DNA of 64,000 nt from Negaprion brevirostris. Its lineage: Eukaryota. A program made the position numbers and the translations under genes. The notes beneath the pieces are model-generated. The model searched no databases, was not told where the DNA came from, and was given only the letters and a program-made list of their open reading frames with translations. The stretch spans positions 39,954,423-40,018,422 of the forward strand of contig JARDVH010000106.1 of assembly GCA_030324005.1 (NCBI GenBank), in the 5' to 3' direction. Shown here in pieces: positions 1 to 11,629 of the stretch; position 1 is the first letter of the stretch; each line of letters opens with the position of its first letter.

Positions 1-88
1 GCAGAAATAATAGTAGGAGGGATTACTATTTAAAGGGCGAAAAGCTGCAGCATGCTACGGTGCAGAGGGACCTGGGGATCCTTGTCCA
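1..88 (+). mobile_element. CR1 LINE ORF2 fragment
   Basis: Translates to YYLKGEKLQHATVQRDLGILV, typical of the CR1 post-RT region. Confidence 0.75.
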
Positions 89-94
89 GATCTC

Positions 95-3060
95 CAACAA
101 TCTGTCCTGGTCCCTCCATGCCATGCTTCAGTTAAGAAAGCCCACCAAGGCCCCTACTAATCTTAAATCCTGATAAGTAGACAGAGTGTGTTGCTAGGAG
201 TAAAAATTAGAAACTTTGTAAACAGCATTTGTATGTCATCACTGGCAAAAATTTACAAAATCATGTATCATGACAATATAACAAGTCTCAGTGCGTATGA
301 TGTGCGATAAGTAAGTGCAATGAATCATCAGAATATTATACAAAATGTCATGATGCAAAACCCATTCAAGGTTGGCTGCTTCCCACCTCATCCTGAGAGC
401 TGAGACTCTGCTTTCACGGGAGCTACACAGGAAATTTCAGGCATATAGCGGTGTTCAAGCAAAACAACAGTAAAGCAGTACAAATGGAGGGCTGTTATTA
501 GGGGCCAATGGTAAAGCAAAACAACATAATTTGGGATGATATTATGCAGGGATTACCGGCAATTTGAAGCCCCATTTATCCATTTAGCGGAGGCCATCCC
601 TTTGATACAGCTCCTTCCTGATTCTGTACTGATGTTGCTGTCCCTAAAGGGAACCCCTCCTTCATATACCAGTCTTTTAGCCCCACCTTCCTGAGCTGCC
701 TATTCCTATATCAATTTGCATGTGGCTCTAGTTGTAAAATTAAATGATCATCCATGAATCAGTGATATAAAGTAACATTAGATAATGCAAGGGGCAGTGT
801 GTTTATTAATACCAATGCCGCAAGTCCTTTTTCACATTAAGATTGAGCTGGTAACTGCTCTGCTTTATGAAGACAAATGTTTCTTTGAGACAGGTTCCAT
901 GTCTCAATGAGACAGGTTTGGCTACAAACATAGTTTTTCTAAGGAAATAAAAATGAAACTGACATCCACCATGATACTACATTTTATTTCAATTCACAAA
1001 CCTTGGTTGGAGCAGACTATACGAGTTAGATGGACCGAACCCAACATCATGTTGTCACCATGCTGCTATTTGATTTTTTAAAGAAATATACATTTGTTTC
1101 TGCAAAGTGTCACTGGCTGGGTCAGTTTTTACTGTCCATCCGTAATTTTCATTAAGAAGTGATGCTGAATTGCTTCTTTGAACCACAGCGGTCCATGTGG
1201 TGTGGGTGCATCTAAAATACTGTTAGCTTCAGAATTTGACCAAACAACAGCAAAGGAATGGCAATATAATTCATAGTCATGATGGTGTGTGGCTTGGAGG
1301 GGAACTTGCAGGCACTGGTATTCTCATGCATCTGGTGCCCTGTCCTTTGAGGTAGTAGAGATTGTGCATTTGGAGAGTGCTGTCAATGAGCCTTGGTGAG
1401 CAGTTGCAATGCATCTTGTAAAAGGTACACACTGCTGCCACAGTGCACTGGTGGTAGGGAAGTGAATGTTTAAGTTGGTGGATAAGGTGTGTACATCAAG
1501 TGAGTTGCTTTGCTTTGGATAGTTGTTATTGTTGGAACTGTACTCATNNNNNNNNNNNNNNNNNNNNNNNNNNNNNNNNNNNNNNNNNNNNNNNNNNNNN
1601 NNNNNNNNNNNNNNNNNNNNNNNNNNNNNNNNNNNNNNNNNNNNNNNNNNNNNNNNNNNNNNNNNNNNNNNNNNNNNNNNNNNNNNNNNNNNNNNNNNNN
1701 NNNNNNNNNNNNNNNNNNNNNNNNNNNAGGGAAGATGGTTAGATTCTCTCTTGTTGGAGATGGTTATTGCCTGGTATTTGTGTGATGCTATAGTTATGCC
1801 ATTATCAGGCCAAGGCTGAAGATTGTCCAGGTCTTGCTGCATGCAGACATGGACTGGCACAGTATCTGAGGATATATAAATGATGCAATCATTAGCAAAC
1901 ATCCCCACCTCTGGCTTTATGATGGAGAGAAGGTTACTGATGATGGAGCTGAAGACAGTTAGGCCTAGGAGTGAGGAACCCCTGCAGTGGTGCCTTGGGG
2001 CTGAAGTGATTGTTCTCCAACAAACACATGCAGCTTGGAGATGGATAAGACGACAACCAGTGGATAGTTTTCTCACTGGTTCCCACCAATTACAATTTTG
2101 CTGGAGCTCCTTGAAGCCACACTTAGTTAAATTCTGTCTTGATGTCAAGGACAACCACTGTTGTCTTATCTCTGGAGATCAGATCTTTCACATATGTTTT
2201 GTCCAAGGTTATAAAAAGGTCAGCTAAATGGCCTTGTCAGAACCCCAAACTTCACATCGTTGCACAGGCTGTTGCTGAGCAAGTGCCATCTGAAAGCTCC
2301 CATCACTGAGAGCAAATTGATCATGTGGTAATTGGGTAGATTGGATTTTCCCCATTTTTCGTGGGCAGGACAAGTTAGAGCAGGCCAATATTCCACATTG
2401 TCAGGTAATTGCTAAAGCTGACCTGGAACACCTTGGCTAGTGGGAACAGCTAATTTTTGAGTGCAAGACTTCAATGTTACAGGCAGATATACTTAGGTCC
2501 ATAGCCTTTTGCTTATCAAATGCTTTCATCCTTTTACTGACATCATGTGGATTAAATCAAACTGGCTAAATACTGGCATCCATGAAGGTTGGGACCTCAG
2601 GAAGAGACTAAGATGGATCCTTCACTTGGTACTTCTGGCTGAAGATGGTTTCAAATGCTTCGGTCTTATCAACTACACTGAGTGCTAGGCTCACCCAGCA
2701 TTGATGATGGCTATGTTTGGAGTCCCCTATTCCGGTAAGTTGTTTAATTGTGCACCACCATTCACAATTGGATGTGACAGGATTGTAGGGCTAATTATGG
2801 AAATCACTAAGCTCTGACCATCCATATCTAATGGTGGAACAGGAACTGCAAGTATGCTGTGGTTGAATTTAGAGTGTGGTGAAATAGGATCTGACCCTAT
2901 GTAAAGTAGCATAGAAAATTTAACGCATACAACTAAAAATGTTTATTTTTAAACTTAACCACAATACCTTAATGACAGGAGTGATCAGCTCTGTTGTTTT
3001 ATAGAAGATGCAGGGTGTGAATTGGCTGCCTGTTATACTTTTCAAGGGTAAGAAATATTT
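95..3060 (+). pseudogene. Paramyxovirus-like L gene relic R1 (endogenous viral element), split by LINE insertions
   Basis: Ordered decayed motifs: AMLQLR (120-137; cf. AYLQLR), MNHQNII (cf. MNQPKVI), KWRAV (cf. WDSV), IK*H*IMQG (767-793; cf. LKEKEIKQEG), IHKPWLEQTI (~995; cf. WMHPVLERCTI), KL*PSIS (2809-2829; motif B KLWT.IS), AY-TKNVYF (~2925; cf. VYSKRIYY). Confidence 0.75.
1085..2785 (-). mobile_element. Decayed CR1-group LINE (family B), RT and 3' end
   Basis: LLGLTVFSSIISNL...EVGMFANDC (RT PQGS/FADD region) and MQQDLDNLQPW; characteristic 3' tail near 1085-1150. Confidence 0.8.
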
Positions 3061-4744
3061 ATTCTTTTCTCTTTAGTTAATTTATTGTTCAGACACAAAA
3101 CAGTTGACTTGACAAGACACTACATATGATATTTTACTTGATCATGAAAGATACTAACTTCATAGCCTGCAGCACCTGTGACTCTCATTTATCGTGGTAA
3201 AATCAATGTTTTTTTTCCCCTTTTTCATTGATTATGCTTCATGTTTTTAAAAAAGTGCTCAATCTGTGCATTGCAGCAATGTCCTAAAATCATCTGATAA
3301 GATGACAGAATGTGTTGCTAGGAATAACAATTAGAACATTCGTAAATGGTATTTGTATGTCATCACTGGCAAAAATTGCATCCCTTTATAAAACCTTGTA
3401 CCATGACAATATAACAAGTCCCAGTACGCAGGATGGTCGATAAATAAGTGCAATGAATCATCATGTCGCCATGCAATGGAATTGACATCAACATCCACAG
3501 AATAGTTGATCCCATTCTAACTAGATAATTGACCAGACTCATAAGTAACAGTACTGTGAGAACACGTCAATAAATCCTTACGTTACTGCGCAAAACCTTT
3601 TATAGAATGTATCAGAACTGAAAAGAGGACAACTTTTCCAACTTCTTTCATGAAATAACTTTTTCCAATCATTTTGTTTCCTAATTTATAATCCTTTTGC
3701 TATTCTACAATATTGCATAATCACAGGACATTGCATCGTAGATTTGAAGGACATTACCTTCGCACCAATGAGTGTAGTTGGAAATCAAATGCTGTAATTT
3801 AAAAAACTGTACTGCTTTTCAATCCTTTGGCATCAGATCTCTCTTGCGAGTTAAAAGATTACCACTCCAAGGAAATATATGTACTGCATGGCTCTCCTCA
3901 ACTCAATTGTGATCCGAGTGGGCAGTTTATTCAAGGCTACCTTTCCAATTCACCCCAAGAGGTACGTATACCACATGGTGCTCTAATCTACCATCCACTA
4001 GAACATTTGGTGATCCATGAGACAGAGTAATTCAGAAACCCCAGGAGGGAACCACTATATACGAGTTTCACGTACTTCCAACCAAATGGGCATGGATCTG
4101 TACTGGAGCCATTTACCATATGCAACATGTGACAGTGAATTAAAAGAACATGATGGTGGGGGGTACAAATATCACAAGACAGGATGCAACTTACCATCAA
4201 TTACTGGAAAACCCTGGGAGAATTTGGGTATGATCTATTTGTGCTGAAGGGAAGAGAATCTCTTGTTCTGTCTAGAATTATATTATGACATTTAAAATGT
4301 TTGACATATTTATGAAGCCATATGATATAAAATGCAGAATTTGTTTGAAGTTAAACAAAACTCTTAAAAAGAACTCCTCTTACTAAGTGGAAATCAATGA
4401 ATCCAAAACCACAAATGCACTCAATTTCACAATAGGAGCATCTTTAGTTCCTGGACTGTTGACTGTCAGATCACATTGACCTGCTGCCTGGGAGGGTCTG
4501 CTTGACCATTTTAATAGCCAGCACCTATAATAGAGGTGCAGGAAACTGTTGCTCAAAATGAATGTTTAGAAGCTGGATTATGGTCACAACATATCATGTA
4601 GCCTCAAAGTTGCCTGGCCAGCACTTCGGCAACTCACAGGGGAATAGTTCAGAAGGCTTAATAGAGCACATTGACAAACTATACAAAAATATTTAAGTTC
4701 ACCTCTATGCCAGTCCCCCTCCTCTGTGCCTTCATTCACTTAAC

Positions 4745-5915
4745 TCTCACTTCAGTAAGGCCTTTGACAAGGTCCCTCACGGTAGACTGGTGCAGAAAGT
4801 GAAGTTGCATGGGATCAGAGGTGAGCTGGCAAGGTGGATACAGAAATGGCTCGATCATAGAAGACAGACAGTAGCAGTGGAAGGTGTGTTTCTGAAGGGA
4901 GGGCTCTGACAAGTGGCGTCCCTCAGGGATCAGTGCTGGGACCTTTGCTAGTGTTTAGAATATACTTTTGTTTGTAATACATATAAATAATTTGAAGGAA
5001 AATATAACTGGTTTGATTAATAAGTTTGCAGATGACACAAAGGTTGGTGGACTTGCAGATAGTGATGAGGACCATCAGAGCATACAGCATGATACAGATC
5101 AGTTGGAGACTTGGGCGGCGAGGTGGCAGATGGAGTTCAATCCAGACAAGTGTGAGGTAATGCATTTTGGAACGTCTAATATGGATAGGAAATATATGGT
5201 AAATGACAGGACCCTCAAGAACACTGATAGGCAGAGGGATCTGGGTGTACAGGCAATGCAGGTGGTCAAAAAGGCATTCGGCATGCTTGCCTTCATTGGT
5301 GACGACACAGTTTAAAAATCGGCAAACTTTATAGAACCTTAGTTAGGCTGCACTTGGAATATAATGTTCAATTTTGGTCGCCACACTGCCAGAAGGATGT
5401 GAAGGCTTTGGAAAGGATACAGAAAAGATTAACCAGGATGTTGCCTGGTATGGAGGGCATTAGCTATGAGGAGAGGTTGGAGAAATTTGGTTTGTTCTCA
5501 CTGGAATATGGAGGTTGAGGGGCGACCTGATAGAAGTCTACAAGATTATGAGGGGCATAGACACAGTGGATAATCAGAAGCTTTTCTCTGGGGGGCGGGG
5601 GGGAAGAGTCAATTACTAGGAGGCATAATAGGCTTAAGGTGCGAGGGGCAAGCTTTGGAGGAGATGTACAAGGCAAGTTTTTTTTTTTTACAGAAAGGGT
5701 AGTGGGTGCCTGGAACTTGCTGCAGGGGAAGGCAGTGGAAGCAGATACAATGATGACTTTTAAGGGACATCTTGACAAATATATGAATAGGATGGGAATA
5801 GAACAATATGGTCCCTGGAAGGATAGGTGGTTTTAGTTCAATTGGGCAGCATGGTCAGTGCAGGCTTGGAGGGCTGAAGGGCCTGTTCCTGTGCTGTAAT
5901 TTTCTTTGTTCTTAT
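4745..5915 (+). mobile_element. 5'-truncated CR1 (HER1-type) LINE
   Basis: FSKAFDKVPH, SGVPQGSVLGP, KFADDTK, WQMEFNPDKCEVMHFG; 3' UTR ending ttttctttgttctt. Confidence 0.92.
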
Positions 5916-6204
5916 TTCCATAACTTAAAGGACTTTCCTTATTTTTCCATCCCCGTTTAGCATAAGAAAATAAAAGGAAGCAAGTAGGGGTGTTGACTTA
6001 AAACTTCATGAATGACATGACCTTGGGAAGAGTGATGTAGGAAATGGAAGATTGGAGAGATTTAGAGGCAGGCATTTTCAGAGCATAACAACAATGTAGT
6101 TAGTCAGTAGAACTGGGTGTTTTAGTGTGTTGGATACTGTTTTGTAGGCCTTAATGAAGCCTTTGTAGTTTTAAGTAGGTCAACTGTATGTATTTATTAA
6201 CTTC

Positions 6205-6561
6205 TTAAAAAATATTCATTTGTATGAGGTGGGCATTGCCATCTCATTGACCATCCTTAATTATCCTAGTTCAGAATGTATTTAAGAGTCGACCTCACTG
6301 TTGTGGATCTGGCATCACATTCAGGCCAGACCAGGTAAGAATGCCAGGTTTTCTTTCCCCTAAAAGATATTAGTAAACCAGATGGGCTTTTATGACTTTT
6401 GGCAATTTATACATGGTCATCATTAGACGTTCAATTCCAGATTTTTATTGAATTCAAAAGTCCACTGTTTGTTGTGGTGGGATTTGAATCCAAGTGCCCA
6501 GAGTATCATCTTGGCTCTCTGGAGTTCTCGTCCAGTGATAATACCATTATGCTACTGCCTC
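6205..6561 (-). mobile_element. tRNA-type SINE (family sharing its 3' tail with LINE family B)
   Basis: Reverse complement of the aaaacccatctggttcactaatgtc core; related copies at 11270-11620 (+) and 48975-49385 (-). Confidence 0.7.
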
Positions 6562-8359
6562 TAACTACAAGAGCTACAGTAAAGGGTTCAAGCTTGGAGT
6601 TGTCTCTATGCCTTATAGTGCATGTAGTTCTGTCCAATACTCAACTGACTCCTCATCATGACTCATGTGTTCTTGTACATCATTGTGTGGTGACAATACT
6701 ATACTCAGCCCTAAATTAACCTCATACGTGCCAGTGCTTTATACTACACTAAGCACTTGGGAAGGGATACAGTACCGGGAGAGATTATCGTATTAGGCTA
6801 TAGCAATGACAACTGCACTTCGTATCCCTAAACTCATGTATCCTGAATGGTTCTATTATTAAATTGTATTAATCATGCCAGTATAACACTGGTTTCTCTT
6901 TACATCCTTGTTTGCCCTCCTCTTCCTCATCTTCATGCATCTCTCGATGTCATCAGAGACAGATGTGGTAGGCAAAGTTGAATATCATTGGAAAACGGAT
7001 AGTGATGATATTCAACATTATCATTCTTTGAACCCTCAATCATTTATGTGCTATCGGACTTCTTGTCTGACATCAATCATGATGAGTCATAATGACATTC
7101 AACTACTTATCGAAACAAAAAACTATCGGAAATATGTTCCATATTTCCTCATTTTTATAGCTCTTGACCTGCTGCCAATGTTCATTATATAATCTTAACT
7201 GCCAGCTCCATCCAAAAAAAATTATAGGCCACATCATATTCATAATTATGAATCTTGTATATTTTTGAAAATTGGCTGCTGGGCTACTTCTCAAATCTAT
7301 TCCCAGAGAGACTTAAGTAACAAATTTCACAATTTATGTGCTACAATAGCTCAAAATCTCATGCATTATGCTGTAATTCAAGGGACAGTTACAAGACCAA
7401 ATGTCCCTTACATTTGTAACAAGTCTTCCAGCATTTGCTTTTGCACTTTTTAAAAAATTGTACATGCTGTGCTATGCTTGTCATTATCAGTACAACTATC
7501 TTTTTGGGGATTAGGTTGATTGGCCACGCTAAATTGCCACTTAGTGTTGGGGTCCATCAGGGCAAATATGTGGGGCTATGGGAATAGGGGCTGGGTGGGG
7601 TTGTGGTTGGTGCAGACTCGATGGNNNNNNNNNNNNNNNNNNNNNNNNNNNNNNNNNNNNNNNNNNNNNNNNNTTATTTAAACAGGTTTTTAACAGGTAA
7701 TTTCTTATCTGTCTCTCTGCTCCTTCACTCGTCTGCTCCAGCACACAATCTTCTCACATTTTCTTTTCCTATTGGTGACAATGCAGCGTTGCTGCAAACA
7801 TCGGACTAAATTGGAGGAACTGAAATAGATAAATTATTTTATATGTGCACAGTTTCATCTTCAGATTAGAACACCAAAATTTCTGAAGTTTCATAATGCT
7901 TTTTATATGTATTGTGTGCACACATAGTCCATTCCTGAGTCTGAATTTTCATGGGGCTGAAGAGTCTCTTCAGCTTAATCAAAATGTTGTCAGATCCCTG
8001 ATTCTACAAGTCCTGTCTCCAAAGCTGGGGGGTGGGGGGCAATGTGGGATGTGATGCAGTTAAAATGGGGATGGGTTGGCAGGTTACACACCTGCAATTC
8101 ACAGACAGCTGCACATGTGAAAAAGTGCAGTCTGCCTTCAGTCAGATGCAATTTTCATCACCCAGGTGTCTGAAATATGAGTAGTGGACTTTACACTTTT
8201 GAGGAAAAGAATATAAATTGAATGAAGCTCTGACAGGGGGCAGTGGGGGATGGGGAGGGGTGGTTTGGGGCCATTTTGGAGAGGTAAAAAGCCTTTTTGG
8301 ATAGGAACAGGGACCCCTTTGGAAGAAATCAAGTGCCCTTTGGGACTGTTCAAAGTAAA

Positions 8360-8485
8360 TGTCTCACAACACCAAGTTAAAGTCCAACAGGTTTATTTGG
8401 TAACAAAAGCCACTAGCTTTCAGAGCGCTGCTCCTTCGTTAGATGAATGAGATTAACTTGGTGTTGAGAGACTTCTTACTGTCTG
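8360..8485. mobile_element. Penelope-like element terminal fragment
   Basis: ttaaagtccaacaggtttatttgg...ctttcagagcgctgctccttc is a typical shark Penelope pseudo-LTR sequence with a decayed hammerhead core. Confidence 0.65.
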
Positions 8486-9391
8486 TATGCTTCAACATAG
8501 GCTTTACTTACTGGAACACACAGACCAAAGGAATCTCATCTTTTAGTGCAATAACGCTGAGAGAAATGATGTTGAAGTACATAAAGGACATGAAGTTGAA
8601 GTATTTAGGCACTAAACACATCAGAAAAAGTTGGGTTTATCAATTCAGTGCAAGTGAACTTTTAATTGCCTGAGTCCTATTTAATGTGAAACAACCTGTC
8701 TGGCACAGAAAATTTACTTTCTTCAAATTTTAATTATTGTTGGAGATTTTTTTAATCCCAGCTTTCTTTCCCTCTTCCACTCTCTGTGCATGATTTTACA
8801 TTGAATTAAATATTCCAATTTACATTTCCAGGTTTGAACTTTGTGTGACTAGGTAACGATTCTTCAATCTGACTGGTTGAAGAGACATGCGGCGACTTTT
8901 CATGTTCTTGTAAGTCTCAAATCCCTAGCAGAGAATACTGTGTTCTATCAGACTACCAATAGCCACAAATTACCACTCAAAAACCCATACAAAGTCTGGG
9001 CAGCTGAAAGTGTAATGAACTGATTGCAAAATCTAGGCCTGAGAAGTTTTGGGGAGAGGGTTCTGCAATTGTAAATGAGAAAGAAAAATACATTAATTAC
9101 AAGAGTCAAGATCAAGGCTTTACACTGCTGAGAAATTTTATCATATAAATCAAAGTACTGTATTTTAAATTGTTTCCAACTGCAAGCACAGAATTAGGGA
9201 ACACAGAACTTAATATTAAAAAGACTGAATTGAGGGCTGGACGAAAGGTAAAACTATTGCTGTTGTGTGCAAAAGATTCCAGCAAAAGAATTGCTCAACG
9301 CTTTTAAAAGGGACTAGATAAAGCTCTCAATAGGATTTAAGGTTTATTAGGATTGGTGATCGCTGCCCCACTGTGCTACTGTCCCACTGAG

Positions 9392-9650
9392 GCACAGCAG
9401 CACAGTAGTTATCACTGCTGCTTTGCAGTGCCAGGGACCTGGGTTCAATTCTTGGCTTGACTCACTATCTGTGTGGAGTTTGCACATTCTCCCTGTGTCT
9501 GTGTGGGTTTTGTCTCACATTCTGAAAGATATGCTGGCCAGGTGCATTGACCTGAACAGATGCTGGCTGTGGTGACTAGGGGAATTTCACAGAAACATCG
9601 TTGCAGTGTTAATGTAAGCCTCACTTGTGAATAATAAATAAACTTTAACT
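9392..9650 (+). mobile_element. V-SINE (HE1 head) with alternative 3' tail
   Basis: tRNA A/B boxes and V-domain (tgtggagtttgcacattctccc), ending gcagtgttaatgtaagcc...aataaacttt; second copy at 43540-43810. Confidence 0.8.
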
Positions 9651-10104
9651 ATAAAGAGAGGGCAATACAGTTCGTGTAGGCCAGCAGCTCAGGACTGAAA
9701 AATGGAATGGGGAATCAATGTACATTCGGGTATACGCTGGACAATCTTTGGGGATCAGGCTGTATTCAAGAAGATTGAATCCATGACGGTGCAGATTGTA
9801 CAAGGATTATGCAAGCAAAAGCTTTACTGAAGCTGAACGTTTTAAAGCAGTCTCTTGTGTAATTTCTTTACATTAGTTGCTCAGTTATTGTAATTATCAT
9901 TGATTCAGTCTCATTTCTATCTTCATCACATTCATTTTTTTTGGTTGTCAAATAGAATTGCAGCTGCATTTTATCTGGATTTATCAGACATAAAATGACA
10001 AGCATAAAATTACCTTGAACTACCCAGCAATACCATTACAAACAGTTGTGTTGCACATAATACAAACACTCTTATTCTGTCCATTTGTTCCAAATTTAGT
10101 AGAA

Positions 10105-10870
10105 TCAAAATGGTAAAATTGGGCCCTAAGTGCTGAATCTGGGCACAATTCAGATCTGACTTGTAAAGCTGTTCTCGGGCGCACTCAGCCTGAAAAAAAT
10201 TGTGGATCTCAATCGTGCTGTGGGTGAGGCTTACGATGCCTGAAACGCTGCTGCTCCAATCGGAGTTTTGAACTGTGCATGCACAGTGGAAAAAAAATTG
10301 AAAAACGCTCCCGTCACATTGCTTCCAAAAAACAGATAAAGCGACCCGGGAGTGAAAACAGGAGAGATGGCCCCTATAAACATCGACCCACTCCCCCCCC
10401 CACCCTCCGAACAACATAACTGTCCCCCTTATCCACCCACCTTGCGCTACCCAGATCAATCGTGACCCCTTGCCCCATTTTCCGTCCATCAATCACCCAC
10501 AGATCCCCCATGGCCTCCCTACCCGCTGCCCCCCCTCCAACCCCCTCCCCCCCAACCAGTGATCCATCTGGCCTCCTCCCCACCCCCACCAGAGAACGAT
10601 CTGGCCCCCCTCCTCCTCTCCTCCCCCCACCAGAGAATCATGTCCCCCCACTTGAACCACCAGTAAATGATCAGGCCTCCTTCCCCACAACCCCCACAAC
10701 CAGAGATACATCTGACCCCTTCCTCCTCCCTCCCCCAACACCAGAGANNNNNNNNNNNNNNNNNNNNNNNNNNNNNNNNNNNNNNNNNNNNNNNNNNNNN
10801 NNNNNNNNNNNNNNNNNNNNNNNNNNNNNNNNATAGTCATTAAGGCACGCTGCTTGTTTTTTTCTTAGGT
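10105..10870. mobile_element. Non-autonomous DNA-transposon-like element with a C-rich minisatellite
   Basis: CpG-rich end and degenerate ~33-40 bp units (gatctggcc...ccccaccagaga) at 10500-10747; similar elements at 23030-23980, 59095-59420 and 60720-61390. Confidence 0.5.
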
Positions 10871-11269
10871 ACCACGATGATGGTCGTTATCTTGAAAGTG
10901 ATAGGGACACCAGTGAGCTATCTGCCCTCCCCCTCCCCACACCAGAGAGCATTCTTCAGAATGCACAATTGGCTGCAAACTCCACAGCCATTTCTGCAAC
11001 CACTGATGGTCATGGGAAATATGACATAGACATCAGCCTTTGAGAAGAGTGTGCCAGTACCCTATTTGATACAGGAATGGACTGCAGACTGACTGGTGTT
11101 ACATTTGATCGCCTGCTGCTAGAAAGAGTTGAAAGGAAAAAGATTTTTCCTGCCATAGGCAGTGCCACATGTTGTAGTGGGTTACAAATTCTGCCATGAT
11201 AGACAACACAGTTGTCTTAAAGAGTCTGTTTTTCTCTCGATAACCTCCTTGCACATTGAGAGATGACAT

Positions 11270-11620
11270 AATGGTAATATTGTGGCCCAGACAGAAATTC
11301 AAATCCATTCATTGTGATTGGTAGAATTTAAATTCAATTAATTAATAAATCTGGAATAAAAAGCTGGTCTTATTAATAGTGCTTAGGGAAACAAAGGATT
11401 GTTATAAAAACCCATCTGGTTCACTAATGTCCTACCATGGTGGAAATCTGCTATCCTTACCTGCTCCATCCTACAAATGACCATAGACCTGCAGCAATAT
11501 GTTTGCCTTATACTTGCCTGTCCTCTGAATGGTCTAACAAGCTATTTGGAGGGCAGTTAGGACTGGCAATAAATGTTGGCCTTGCCAGTGGCACACATTT
11601 CCAAGAAGCAAATTTTAAGA
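11270..11620 (+). mobile_element. tRNA-type SINE (same family as 6205-6561)
   Basis: aaaacccatctggttcactaatgtcc core and ggcaataaatgttggcc tail. Confidence 0.7.
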
Positions 11621-11629
11621 ATTGCTCCA

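Larger units (their letters stand above)
3100..10100 (+). pseudogene. Paramyxovirus-like L gene relic R2, near full span, split by CR1/SINE insertions
   Basis: LAKIASLYKTLYH (cf. AEIFSFFRTFGH), GIDINIHR (cf. GIIINGYR), YNPFAILQY (cf. FDPY.M.MY), ITTPRKY-CTAW (3858-3891; motif A ITTDLKKYCLNW), FGDP (4006-4017), NP-GG, W..I...AI (motif B), MMVGG-N (4150-4170; motif C MVQGDN), RI-YYD (4274-4289), CR-V-like sequence at 6560-7200, GIN..S and GSG (~9705-9760; MTase). Confidence 0.85.

Noticed and set aside
1324-2154. Longest ORF in the track (276 aa)
   Set aside because: Inflated by an N run; it is a decayed LINE RT, not a gene.
4195-4243. Minus-strand segment with good-looking acceptor and GTAAG donor, as a possible SYTL5 exon
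   Set aside because: Stop codons in all three frames, no SYTL5 similarity, and it lies within L relic R2.
10462-10836. Proline-rich ORF
   Set aside because: Translation of a C-rich minisatellite plus Ns.
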